Source: Acidobacteriota bacterium
GTDB lineage: Bacteria > Acidobacteriota > UBA6911
Assembly (NCBI GenBank): GCA_963664705.1
Contig: OY761556.1
Span: 5,952,001 to 6,016,000, forward strand
Length of the DNA stretch: 64,000 bases
Direction: 5' to 3'
Made by a program: the position numbers and the translations under genes. This document shows, piece by piece, positions 8,917 through 18,345 of the stretch; the stretch's first letter is position 1; each line of letters begins with the position of its first letter. The notes under the pieces are model-generated. The model was not told the DNA's origin. It searched no databases and saw only the letters and a list, made by a program, of their open reading frames with translations.

Positions 8917-9705
8917 ATGCGCTACGAAGAATTCCGGGAACAACTGCAAATCGCCCTTCAGAGTGTAGGCCTGTTTGGAAAGCGAATAGGCAATCCTATT
9001 GAAACTCTGGACCTGGAAAGTACCGTCCGACGCTGGAAGGTTTACATCATGGGAAGCGCGACCGCCAACACCGCCCCTTTCCACGTTGCGCTGAAGATTG
9101 CCTTTAACTGGGACCCATTCAATACCGCCCGGGCATATACCTGCGAGGAAGATCTGCTGACGGAGCTTCTCGGCAGAACCAAAAATTTCCCAAAGACGGA
9201 GCCGAGATTTATCCGCATTGACTTTGATCTGCAGGCGCGGCTTCCCTATGGCGCAACGGCTTTGCCTCCAGAGGGAAAAATTCTTGGTCCCTGGGCCGGT
9301 TCAATTCATCAAAAACTCGGCAAGGTGTTTTCTGAGAGCAAGTGGCGTCAGGGCCATATTGTCTCCGTGCTCGGCGCCCTGGAAGACATTACCATCGAAT
9401 CACAGTGCGATAGCGCAGGCCGCCTCTCCATGGTCGGGTTGGGCGTTGCAGGTTTCCGCATGATACGCTTGCCACGAATTTGGGATAGCCCTGCCCGACG
9501 GGATGCGGAGAATGATGCAACCGCCGAGCTGTCGCAGCTAGCCAAAAAATTCGAATATTCTCTGGAAGAGTGGAGCGCAAGCATCGCAGAACTTGCACTA
9601 TGGACCGATCATACGCTTTCCTCGCCGCGGGTAGAGAAGATCGATCCGGAGTTCGAAAGCCCCGGTCATGATAAAGAAGATGACGGCCCCGAGACGATCC
9701 ACTAA
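8917..9705 (+). CDS. Hypothetical protein
   Basis: Long ORF with a purine-rich RBS before ATG 8917 and an acidic tail. No motif recognised. Confidence 0.65.
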   Translation: MRYEEFREQLQIALQSVGLFGKRIGNPIETLDLESTVRRWKVYIMGSATANTAPFHVALKIAFNWDPFNTARAYTCEEDLLTELLGRTKNFPKTEPRFIRIDFDLQARLPYGATALPPEGKILGPWAGSIHQKLGKVFSESKWRQGHIVSVLGALEDITIESQCDSAGRLSMVGLGVAGFRMIRLPRIWDSPARRDAENDATAELSQLAKKFEYSLEEWSASIAELALWTDHTLSSPRVEKIDPEFESPGHDKEDDGPETIH

Positions 9706-10631
9706 ATCAATGATCTTGAGAAAGTGCTGCTGAAACGCAATCCAGATACCTTCCCGCTGGAATCAAAAAGGATTCCAATCTCCGGTGTCACCGCTGTTCC
9801 GGTGACTGAGCATTTAAAACGATAGATGCAGATCCGTGGATAACCAAAACGCCCGGTTATGGATTCCACGAATGTGATCTCCTTGCATTGACCGTAATTG
9901 CCGCTAAATTGCTTGAAGAGTCTTTCCTGCATTTGAGGACTCAATGCCTTGCGCATATCTGCATTGAAAGCCGCCGGAGCAGACTCGAAAGTGCCCGATT
10001 TCCACTTTTCATACAGGGTGTTCCAGATGAGCCTCGCTCGCATGGCCTGTGCCTGATCGGCTTCGAAGGCAGGAGTATGCTTGAATATGACCCTTTCACT
10101 ATCAAGATTGGCCAGGACAAACGCGCTGCCAAGTATGGCCAGGATGTATCCGCCGGAAAGCACCAGCTTTTTAGCCGGGGAGGCGATTCTGTTGCACACG
10201 GGAGGCACAAGGCAAAACAGTATGGCGGCAATATCGAGCGCAAACCAGTATCTGAAGGGAATGTAATAGTGTCCAATGATCAATCTTCCAAATGGGGCAT
10301 ATAGATTGATGCCCCCGGCGATCATGTCGCAAAAGAGATGAAAGGCAGTCGCGAAATAGCAGCAAAAGAACAGCCCGCGTAATCGGCTGAATTGGCGTGA
10401 AAGCAATAGGACGGTCAGCAGCCCCAGGAGAAGGAACGAAAGCGAGTGGGCGAAGCTGCCATATCGATCCTCCAGTCCCGTATGTGGAGACAGTATATCC
10501 GGGAGTCCGCCACATATTCCGATAATCAGAATCTGCTTCCAGCTGAAAAGGCGAGGTTTATTGCCGGGCCTGCATGTCTCTGTAAATTGAACGGATGCTA
10601 TGGGGAAGAGGATGTGCGCCACAATATTCAT
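9702..10631 (-). CDS. Membrane metal-dependent hydrolase (YdjM-like) fused to a DUF3887-like C-terminal domain
   Basis: AH..LPD..AHSL..FHLFCD motifs with TM helices. C-terminal FNADMRKALS..YG..FDSSGKVSGLRF. Confidence 0.65.
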   Translation of the reverse strand: MNIVAHILFPIASVQFTETCRPGNKPRLFSWKQILIIGICGGLPDILSPHTGLEDRYGSFAHSLSFLLLGLLTVLLLSRQFSRLRGLFFCCYFATAFHLFCDMIAGGINLYAPFGRLIIGHYYIPFRYWFALDIAAILFCLVPPVCNRIASPAKKLVLSGGYILAILGSAFVLANLDSERVIFKHTPAFEADQAQAMRARLIWNTLYEKWKSGTFESAPAAFNADMRKALSPQMQERLFKQFSGNYGQCKEITFVESITGRFGYPRICIYRFKCSVTGTAVTPEIGILFDSSGKVSGLRFSSTFSRSLI

Positions 10632-10815
10632 TGCCTGTTGCTATCTCCTCGCGTAATTTGCCGAAACCGGCGAGAGCCTTTGTATGGCGGCTGGGGTCAA
10701 ATCGATATCGTCCGATTCCGGATTCGGGATTTCAGATTCCAGACTTAGCGCATCAGGAGCGCCGGGCGGTCCCAGCGTTGTGCTGTCAAAGGCAACCATT
10801 ATCGGCAGAAAACCG

Positions 10816-11082
10816 CTACTGCGAATTGCGACGTCGCGCACCGCCGCCCCATATTCCCAAATCCACTCCGGCCGCTACGACCAGCAGGACAATCTCCAAG
10901 ATGTTTAACCCATGAGGCGAGACCAGGGTATAGGTCAAAGTTGTCCAGGGCATGAAAAAGAAACCAAGCAGCGGCAGGAGACTTCCTCCGAAGGCAGCCG
11001 AAATGCGGCGGGTAAACAGCCACATTAAAAAAAGTGCAGCGCGAGGTGCGAATGCAAATGCAAGAATGATCCAGCAGCACAT
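10816..11082 (-). CDS. Small membrane protein
   Basis: Three hydrophobic segments, PR and PWTTL motifs, GGAC/AG RBS. Confidence 0.7.
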   Translation of the reverse strand: MCCWIILAFAFAPRAALFLMWLFTRRISAAFGGSLLPLLGFFFMPWTTLTYTLVSPHGLNILEIVLLVVAAGVDLGIWGGGARRRNSQ

Positions 11083-11339
11083 AATCTGTCCCTGTGGCTC
11101 TAAGCATGGTATCAGAGTTCAGGAGGGATGCCTGCGAAATTTGAGACGAATTTTTTGACTCCTTGCCCAATCATTTCAAAAAATCAACCGGGATATCTCC
11201 CTACTACATTCACTCCCCCGGCTTCGCTATAATTCATTGAGTTGCCTCGGTGTTCTTGGCTCGTCATTAACCCAGAGTGACAAAAGATTTCCGAGACACC
11301 CCCCCATCTCGGAAGACGAGCATTATGAAAGGAGAAGAT

Positions 11340-11663
11340 ATGAGGTCTGGTTTGAAAATCGCTTTTTGCGTTGCTGTTCTCACGGCATTGGTTCTAACGG
11401 TGGGGGCACAGAATAAGGAAACAAAATTGACCGGCAAAATAACATGCGCAAAGTGTGACCTGAAGCTTGAAAAGGAATGCGCGACCGTTATCGTGGTCCC
11501 TGAAAATGGCAAGGATGCTGTGTATTATCTGGATGCGAAGTCTTCCAAGGCGAACCATGATGTCATCTGCCAGGTTCCCAAGCAGGGTTCTGTGACCGGA
11601 GTGGTTTCGGAAAAAGGCGGCAAGAAGACAATTACCGCGACGAAGGTTGAATTCCAGAAATAG
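11340..11663 (+). CDS. Secreted CxxC OB-fold-like protein (DUF6370-like)
   Basis: Signal peptide, LTGKITCAKCDLK..C..H..C. AAGGAG RBS before ATG 11340. Confidence 0.7.
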   Translation: MRSGLKIAFCVAVLTALVLTVGAQNKETKLTGKITCAKCDLKLEKECATVIVVPENGKDAVYYLDAKSSKANHDVICQVPKQGSVTGVVSEKGGKKTITATKVEFQK

Positions 11664-11810
11664 GTTGTTTCCCCGCGGTTGCGTGGTAGACAGGCATGCC
11701 TGCACCTATCAAGACGCATCCATTATTTTGTTAAATTCCGGAGCCTTGGCGATCCTGCGGTATCGAACGGAAATCCAAGGCTCCGGCTGAGAAGAATCAT
11801 GCTCCGCTAC

Positions 11811-12623
11811 CTAGCCACGAGACCTGCTTCCGCGGCATTTGATTCCGACAAGCCCAATCAGACCCGCTCCCAGAAGGAACATGCTTCCGGGCTCCGGCAC
11901 AGGAGTGGAGTAGGTGATACTGCCAAATCCAAACTGGCGGTTGGGGGTCGAGGCGCTGCCATAGGTTTGCTCGACGGCTAGACCGGTTATGTGTTCATCC
12001 GCATAATTCCCCTGGTTGAGCATGTAGTTGATCCAATAGCCCCAGTTCAAGTTATCGGGAGAGGGATTCCCCAGGGGATTCGGACTCAACGCGCCCGCAT
12101 TCACATCCAGACTAAGCAATTCGCCGCTTGCAATATGCAGAAACAGCCTGATGCTGTCCGCCGGGGCGCCGGAGCCTCCTGAAGCGAGGGCATTTGTCCC
12201 CAGAAGCTTGAAGGATAGATCCGTGGCAGCGTAGGTATTGCCAAAGAGAACTGTATTTTTCGGATCTTGTGGTAAATCAAAGTTTAATATCAGTGCTTCG
12301 CGGAAAGTAATAGGGCTATCCGAGCTGCTGGTTCCGACTCCGAGTCCCACATAGGGGGCAGGAGGGGCAACTGGATTCGTGGTTGCAGTTGTTCCCAGGT
12401 AACCCAGCGTGCCCCAGTAAACGCTGGAAGCTGCACCGGTACCTTGCTGAAATGGGTTTTGCGATATATTGCCCATTGTCTTGGCGGTAATGGTCAATCC
12501 TGGGAAAAGGAGCTGGGAAGAGGATGCATCTGTCGCGCCCAAATTGAAAGAAATGGTGGCGGCCCAGGCCGATCCCGTGAATAACATCAATAGTGCACTT
12601 GCGAATAGCCGCGCGAATCTCAT
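11811..12623 (-). CDS. PEP-CTERM sorting-domain protein
   Basis: Signal peptide (SAWA), low-complexity T/S/G/P body, C-terminal VPEPGSMFLLGAGLIGLVG plus basic tail. Confidence 0.9.
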   Translation of the reverse strand: MRFARLFASALLMLFTGSAWAATISFNLGATDASSSQLLFPGLTITAKTMGNISQNPFQQGTGAASSVYWGTLGYLGTTATTNPVAPPAPYVGLGVGTSSSDSPITFREALILNFDLPQDPKNTVLFGNTYAATDLSFKLLGTNALASGGSGAPADSIRLFLHIASGELLSLDVNAGALSPNPLGNPSPDNLNWGYWINYMLNQGNYADEHITGLAVEQTYGSASTPNRQFGFGSITYSTPVPEPGSMFLLGAGLIGLVGIKCRGSRSRG

Positions 12624-12650
12624 TACAGTAATCTCCCTTGGCCCTGCTCT

Positions 12651-12691
12651 ATGCGAATATGCAGCCGAACGTTTATTGTAAAGCCTTGTTA
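12651..12691 (-). promoter_or_regulatory. Possible sigma-54 promoter with an upstream IHF-like site for the PEP-CTERM gene
   Basis: Minus strand: TAACAAggctTTA (one mismatch to WATCAAnnnnTTR), then cGGctgcatattcGCa (GG-N10-GC). Confidence 0.35.
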
Positions 12692-12956
12692 TAGCTAGGC
12701 TTTAACGATCTTGCTGCCCACCCGACGCTTTTGGCAGGCAAAATAGTTACAGCGATAAATACAAACGGACGGATTCTATTCGGGAAAAAGCCACAGGGAT
12801 ATTCGTAAGATTGCCCATTTTAAGACTGGTAATTAGTGCTATAGAACCCTATTGGCAAAATTCTTTCTCTTCGCTGTAATTTCCGGGCGGTTGGAGCGTC
12901 TTGGTAATGTTATCGGAATCCTTGGATTGGCTTTGCGGTGGAGCGGGAAGAAAAGA

Positions 12957-13550
12957 ATGCAAACGCAATCATCGACAGATGAAGGCCTGGTTAGAGACGT
13001 TCTCACGGGCGATGAGATTGCTTTTTCTCAGCTTTACGAACGCTATCGGCAACCTATTTATTCGGCAGCCTTTAGAATTATACGAAACCATGAAGATGCC
13101 CAGGATGCGGCCCAGGAAGTTGCGTATAAACTCTACCGGTCTCTTCACCAGTGGGATGTTCAAAAATCGAAACTGTCCACCTGGATCTATAAGATGACGG
13201 TTAATCATTCCATTGACTGCCATCGAGTGCGTCGCCGACGTATGGAATCCCAGTGGCCGGAGGATGGCACGGATCAGGGCGCGCATTTCGATATCCCCGA
13301 TCGCTCCGCGCGATCTGCCCTAAGCGAGATTGAAAACAAAGAGCAAATCCATGAGGTGCTGCAGTTTGCCGGTACCTTGCCCGCTCAGCAGCGGCAGATA
13401 TTTATTGCCAGGTATTTTAATGAGCATAAGCTTGAAGAAATTGCAGAAACCCAGCGCTGCAGTCTGGGCACCGTAAAATCCTCGCTCCATCGCGCCACCC
13501 ACACCCTCCGCGCCCGGGGGCGGTCTGATGCCAGTCCGTTGGTGCCGTAA
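12957..13550 (+). CDS. ECF RNA polymerase sigma factor
   Basis: AFSQLYERY, DAQDAAQE, LSTWIYKMTVN, EEIAE..GTVKSSLHRA. Confidence 0.9.
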   Translation: MQTQSSTDEGLVRDVLTGDEIAFSQLYERYRQPIYSAAFRIIRNHEDAQDAAQEVAYKLYRSLHQWDVQKSKLSTWIYKMTVNHSIDCHRVRRRRMESQWPEDGTDQGAHFDIPDRSARSALSEIENKEQIHEVLQFAGTLPAQQRQIFIARYFNEHKLEEIAETQRCSLGTVKSSLHRATHTLRARGRSDASPLVP

Positions 13551-13748
13551 GACAGGCATCAAAACCGCTTGGACGATCTCTTGTGCAGGACAACCGGGAT
13601 CGGGTCCAATAACCCAAAAACAGGCTCAAGCAGGCGGCTAAGACTGTTTCAGACATGTCTTTTTGGCGTATCTTGCTGATTTTATAAATCTTTCCTTGGT
13701 CCAGCCCCTGGATTCGGCGTACACTCGGGCAAAATCAAGGACTGGCTT

Positions 13749-16700
13749 ATGTCAGACGCAAGGTCTCTTCTCCGCATGCCCGCGCGCGCATTTGCGGCCA
13801 GAATTGCCTTTTGGTATGCCGCAATCGGTGTCCTTTGGCTGCTCTGTTCTGGTTGGTTGCTGCACCATCTTATCCGAGACAATACTCTGGAATTAAAGCT
13901 TGAGTTCGTAAGTATTTGTGCGTTCATCATCCTTACTGCACTTTTGCTTGGCCTGGCTTTGAGCCATTACTTTCGCGGGAGCGAAGCTCGATACCAGGCT
14001 TTGTTTGACCAGGCGGTGGACGGGATTGTGCTCATGGCGATGGATGGAAGCGAGCTGAAAGTGAATCGCGCCTTTGCCCGCATGCATGGATATGATGCGC
14101 CCGAGGAAATGGGGTCATTGCCGATGGCTGATCTCGTTACGCCGGAGGCGGTCCGTCAAGATCCTGCATTGGCTCGCAGCCTGCTCGCAGGCGAGGCTCT
14201 GTTTCTCGAGATGGAGCACAATCGCAAAGACGGGACCCCCGTTCAGATCGATTCCACCATTTGTCGGGTGGACCTGGCAAGGAAACCCTATCTGCTCTCC
14301 TTTCATCGTGATATTTCCGAACAGAAACGCAACGAGCGTTTGCGTGCACTTCCCGGCGAAGTGCTCCGGATTCTCACTGATGGGCAGGTCTTATCCGATG
14401 CCACCCAGCGTATCCTGGATGCAATCAAAAAGCACACCGGCATCGAAGCGCTTGGGATTCGCCTGCGGCAGGGCAATGATTTTCCCTATTCCGTTGCCGA
14501 CGGTTATTCCGCGGACTTTCTGCGATCCGAGAACAGCATTACAGCCCGCCGGTCCGATGAGGATTCCTACCTGGACCGACATGGGAGAGTTCGCCTTGAA
14601 TGCACCTGCGGTCTGGTCATCTCCGGGCAGACCGATCCATCCAATGCGTCATTTACGACGGGTGGAAGTGCCTGGACAAACGATGCGCGACAGCTTCTGC
14701 AAATACCCGCCGACCAGGATCCTCGATTGCATCCGCGCAATCGGTGCGTTCACGAAGGTTTTCAATCATTGGCCTTTATCCCTATCCGAGTGCGCGACGA
14801 GATCATCGGCCTGCTGCAAATGAGTGACCGACGCAGGGATTGCTTTACCCTGGAGATGATTGGGTATCTCGAGGGGCTTGCCTCCAGTTTCGGGGTTGCT
14901 CTTCAGCGCTTGAAGGAAGAACAGGCATTGCGCGAAAGTGAGCGGCGACTGGCCACCCTTATGGCCACCCTTCCAGGGATGGCCTACCGTTGTGAGAACC
15001 TCCCCGATTGGCCGATGTCGTTTGTCAGTGAGGGCTGTTTTCCTCTGACCGGCTATTCCACTTCAGCGTTGATGAGCGATCAGCCTGCCTATGGGGATGT
15101 GATTATCGAGGCGGACCGGGAATATGTCTGGAATTCGGTTCAACAAGGTTTGCAGATGCATCAACCTTTTGAGTTGACCTATAGGATTCGATCTGCAGAC
15201 GATCGCCTCAAATGGGTTTGGGAGCGGGGCCGCGGCATCTTTGGCGACGAAGACAAGCTGCTTTTCATTGAAGGATTCATCTCGGATATCACCGAACGGA
15301 AACAAGCCGAAACCGAAATCCAGGATTCGAGAAGCTTCCTCAACAGTATCATCGAGCAGACTCCGGTACCGATGTGGATTTCCGATGACAGGGGGACCTT
15401 GATTCGATTGAACAAAGCGTGCTGCCAGACGCTGCATATCACACCCGGGGAGGTGGTCGGCAAGTACAACATCTTCCTGGACAACATTGTTTCCGAGCAG
15501 GGGAAAATGCCGCTGATCAGGTCGGTGTTTGAGGAAGGGAAAACGGTTAACTTCGATCTCGATTATGATTCTTCCCGCATTACAGACATCACTTTGAAAC
15601 AAACCGTTTCCCTCATCCTGAATATCACCGTTTTCCCTATTCGAGACAACGCCGGCAAGATTGCCAACGCGGTGATTCAATACATTGACATCACCGAACA
15701 CAAGCGGGCCGATGAGCTTCTGCACGAGAGTCTTCTGTTCCGGAGAGAGGCGGAAAAGATCGGCCAGATTGGCGCGTGGAAAGTCAGTCCAGACACCGAT
15801 TACCTGTATTGGACCGAAGGCGTGTATGAAATTCTTAAAGCTCCGCTGGACTACAAGCCGGGGCTGCAGGAGGGTTTGAAGCTGTACGATTTGGAGTCGA
15901 TTCCGGTCCTGCAATCGGCGCTCCTGACCTGCTTGAAGTATGGCACTCCCTTCAGGGTTGAAGCCGGAGTGACAACCATGACCGGCCAGCATATCTGGGC
16001 GGAGGTGCACGGCCTGAGACGGCTTGAGGAAGGAGAACAAGCTTATGTGATGGGTACGTTCCAGGATATTACGGAACGAAGGCGGCTCGAAGAACAGTAC
16101 CGTCAGTCCCAGAAGCTGGAGGCAATCGGGCAGTTGGCTGGTGGCGTGGCGCACGACTTTAACAACATTCTGGCGGCGCTCATGATGCAGCTGGATCTTC
16201 TGCAGATGCATACAGAACTGGATGCTGAAACACAGCAGGCTTTGCAGGATATGGATGTGGAGGCTCACCGGGCGGCTTCGCTTACCCGCCAATTGCTCAT
16301 GTTCAGCCGACGTTCGGTCCTTTCCGTGCGCCCGCTGGATCTGAATGAATTGATTGCAAACCTGCTCCGAATGCTAGGCCGTCTCATAGGCGAACAGATC
16401 GATATGCGGTTCAACAGCAAAGCAGGACTGCCCTTTGTGGAGGCGGATGCCGGAATGCTCGAGCAGGTTCTTGTGAATCTTGTTGTCAACGCGCGAGACG
16501 CAATGCCCAGAGGCGGGAATATCACACTCAGCACCGCGCTGGCAATCATGAGTGAACAGGAAGTTGTCGCGAACCCCAACCGCCGTCGAGGACGTTTTAT
16601 CTGCCTTGCCGTGTCCGACACCGGGATCGGCATGGATACGGATACGGTGAAGCGAGTCTTTGAGCCGTTCTTCACCACCAAGGAAGCCGGTAAAGGCACG

Positions 16701-17240
16701 GGTCTGGGTTTGGCAACCGTTCACGGGATTGTGGCGCAGCATAGGGGATGGATGGAGGTAGAGAGCCAGCTCGGCCTGGGAACCACATTCCGAGTATTCC
16801 TGCCTGCCGCAGCCGACGTCGTTGTTCCACAGGATGAGCCATCCGGCCCATCCAGCCCCATGCCATGCGGCCACGAGACCATTCTTGTGGTGGAAGATGA
16901 GGACCCGGTTCGGAGAACCATTGTGAAAGCTTTGCAGGCGCTTGGTTATCAAATCCATCAGGCGGCGAACGGACAGGAAGCCATGCGGCTCTGGCAGCTG
17001 CATGGCTCGGACGTGGATCTGCTTCTTACCGATATGGTTTTGCCGGAAGGCATGAACGGATTGGAATTGACCGAACAGTTACAATCGCTTAAACCGGAAT
17101 TGAAGGTCATCATTTCCAGTGGCTATAGCGCCGAAATCGTGCAGGCCGGCCTGCCGCATCGGGATGGGGTAGTATATCTGCCTAAACCCTATGCTACCCA
17201 CACGCTGGCTGAGGCTGTTCGTAAGTGCCTGGATCTCTGA
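13749..17240 (+). CDS. Membrane-bound hybrid sensor histidine kinase (PAS-GAF-PAS-PAS-PAS-HisKA-HATPase-REC)
   Basis: Two N-terminal TM helices, several DITE-ending PAS domains, GVAHDFNN, NLVVNARDAM, PFFTTK.GKGTGLGL, C-terminal REC. Confidence 0.93.
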   Translation: MSDARSLLRMPARAFAARIAFWYAAIGVLWLLCSGWLLHHLIRDNTLELKLEFVSICAFIILTALLLGLALSHYFRGSEARYQALFDQAVDGIVLMAMDGSELKVNRAFARMHGYDAPEEMGSLPMADLVTPEAVRQDPALARSLLAGEALFLEMEHNRKDGTPVQIDSTICRVDLARKPYLLSFHRDISEQKRNERLRALPGEVLRILTDGQVLSDATQRILDAIKKHTGIEALGIRLRQGNDFPYSVADGYSADFLRSENSITARRSDEDSYLDRHGRVRLECTCGLVISGQTDPSNASFTTGGSAWTNDARQLLQIPADQDPRLHPRNRCVHEGFQSLAFIPIRVRDEIIGLLQMSDRRRDCFTLEMIGYLEGLASSFGVALQRLKEEQALRESERRLATLMATLPGMAYRCENLPDWPMSFVSEGCFPLTGYSTSALMSDQPAYGDVIIEADREYVWNSVQQGLQMHQPFELTYRIRSADDRLKWVWERGRGIFGDEDKLLFIEGFISDITERKQAETEIQDSRSFLNSIIEQTPVPMWISDDRGTLIRLNKACCQTLHITPGEVVGKYNIFLDNIVSEQGKMPLIRSVFEEGKTVNFDLDYDSSRITDITLKQTVSLILNITVFPIRDNAGKIANAVIQYIDITEHKRADELLHESLLFRREAEKIGQIGAWKVSPDTDYLYWTEGVYEILKAPLDYKPGLQEGLKLYDLESIPVLQSALLTCLKYGTPFRVEAGVTTMTGQHIWAEVHGLRRLEEGEQAYVMGTFQDITERRRLEEQYRQSQKLEAIGQLAGGVAHDFNNILAALMMQLDLLQMHTELDAETQQALQDMDVEAHRAASLTRQLLMFSRRSVLSVRPLDLNELIANLLRMLGRLIGEQIDMRFNSKAGLPFVEADAGMLEQVLVNLVVNARDAMPRGGNITLSTALAIMSEQEVVANPNRRRGRFICLAVSDTGIGMDTDTVKRVFEPFFTTKEAGKGTGLGLATVHGIVAQHRGWMEVESQLGLGTTFRVFLPAAADVVVPQDEPSGPSSPMPCGHETILVVEDEDPVRRTIVKALQALGYQIHQAANGQEAMRLWQLHGSDVDLLLTDMVLPEGMNGLELTEQLQSLKPELKVIISSGYSAEIVQAGLPHRDGVVYLPKPYATHTLAEAVRKCLDL

Positions 17241-17263
17241 ATGTAGGATTTCAGGCCTGCGTG

Positions 17264-17360
17264 GTATTTGCAGAATTTCAGATTTCAGATTCCAAATTCC
17301 AGACCAGGACCGGGGAGTGCTCACTGGGAGGGCTGGCGTCCCGGCTACGGCCGCATATTA
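17264..17360 (+). repeat. Single copy of the ~94-bp heptamer-containing repeat unit
   Basis: GTATTTGCAGAA(TTYCAGA)x4..GACCGGGGAGTGCTCACTGGGAGGGCTGGCGTCCCGGCTACGG, matching the units at 21574-21855. Confidence 0.85.
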
Positions 17361-17456
17361 TTCGCCCGAGGAAGCTGGAGGCGCGATGCATCTCAGCCCC
17401 AGCATTTGCCCAAGGAAGCCGGAAGCACGATGCTTCCCAGCCCCAGGGGGGCGGCT

Positions 17457-17639
17457 AGAACGTAGCCGGGGGTGAAGCGCAGCGAACCCCCGGATTGGAT
17501 TAGTCATGTAACAAGCCCTGACGGGGCGGCAGAATGCTGACTTTCGCCCCTAGCCGGGGCTCTCTCTCCCGCTTATCGCTACCGGGGGTTCGCTGCGCTT
17601 CACCCCCGGCTACGTTCTTTCGGCCCTCCGGGCCTGGTG
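17457..17639. repeat. GTAG-type REP/REPIN-like nested palindromic element
   Basis: Perfect 37-bp inverted arms at 17457-17493 and 17582-17618 (AGAACGTAGCCGGGGGTGAAGCGCAGCGAACCCCCGG). Each arm is itself a hairpin preceded by GTAG. Inner GCCC..GGGGCG hairpins. Confidence 0.8.
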
Positions 17640-17757
17640 TTTTATTCGCGTTGCAGGGATTAGAACAAATTAGTATGTGGCATTAGCAGCACCAGCGACA
17701 TCAGCGCTGTGGAGGCGGCCACGCCCATGCCGGCACTCCCAGTGCCTTCCGCCGATT

Positions 17758-18252
17758 CTATTCCTGCCGGGTGTATACCTGTTTTTGGGTTCGGCTTCCC
17801 AGTTCAGTCGTCGTCGTCGTTTTCGTCACAATCAACACTGCCTTGTCAGCCGAAAGCGCCCACTCTTCTTTCTGACGTGTGTCAACATCGCCGAACGGAG
17901 TTCTCACTTTTCTGGTTTCGTGGATTACCAGTTGATCGCCGTTCATCCTGGCTCGATAGATAATGGAAGCTCCGCCTTCTTCTGCCTGTGCATGGTCATC
18001 CCCATCAAGGGAATAGCTTGTTCTTGTTGCGGGCTTATAGCTCCAGACAGATTCGACGTTCAGCTCCTCATCGGTCTGCGTTACCACCAGATTGACATTG
18101 ATTGGTTCGACTCTGCCATTGAGATTTGCAGCCATTGCATCACTTTGGGCGATATCTCTTGTCCAGTTGCCATTAAAGCCAGGCGAGTCGGACGCCAACG
18201 CGGAAATGCCGAAGCTCAAAATAATGCAAAATACGGGAATTGCGGCTTTCAT
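17758..18252 (-). CDS. Secreted lipocalin-like beta-barrel hypothetical protein
   Basis: Signal peptide, FNGNW..SD, YSLDG, WALSAD..L..VYTRQ. Confidence 0.7.
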   Translation of the reverse strand: MKAAIPVFCIILSFGISALASDSPGFNGNWTRDIAQSDAMAANLNGRVEPINVNLVVTQTDEELNVESVWSYKPATRTSYSLDGDDHAQAEEGGASIIYRARMNGDQLVIHETRKVRTPFGDVDTRQKEEWALSADKAVLIVTKTTTTTELGSRTQKQVYTRQE

Positions 18253-18345
18253 AAGTCTCCTTCATTGCTGGGTATTTTGTGAAATAACAAACGATTCAGC
18301 GTTAAAGGATGGACTGGCCGCGGAAAAAGTTTGCTTAAAATGCGA

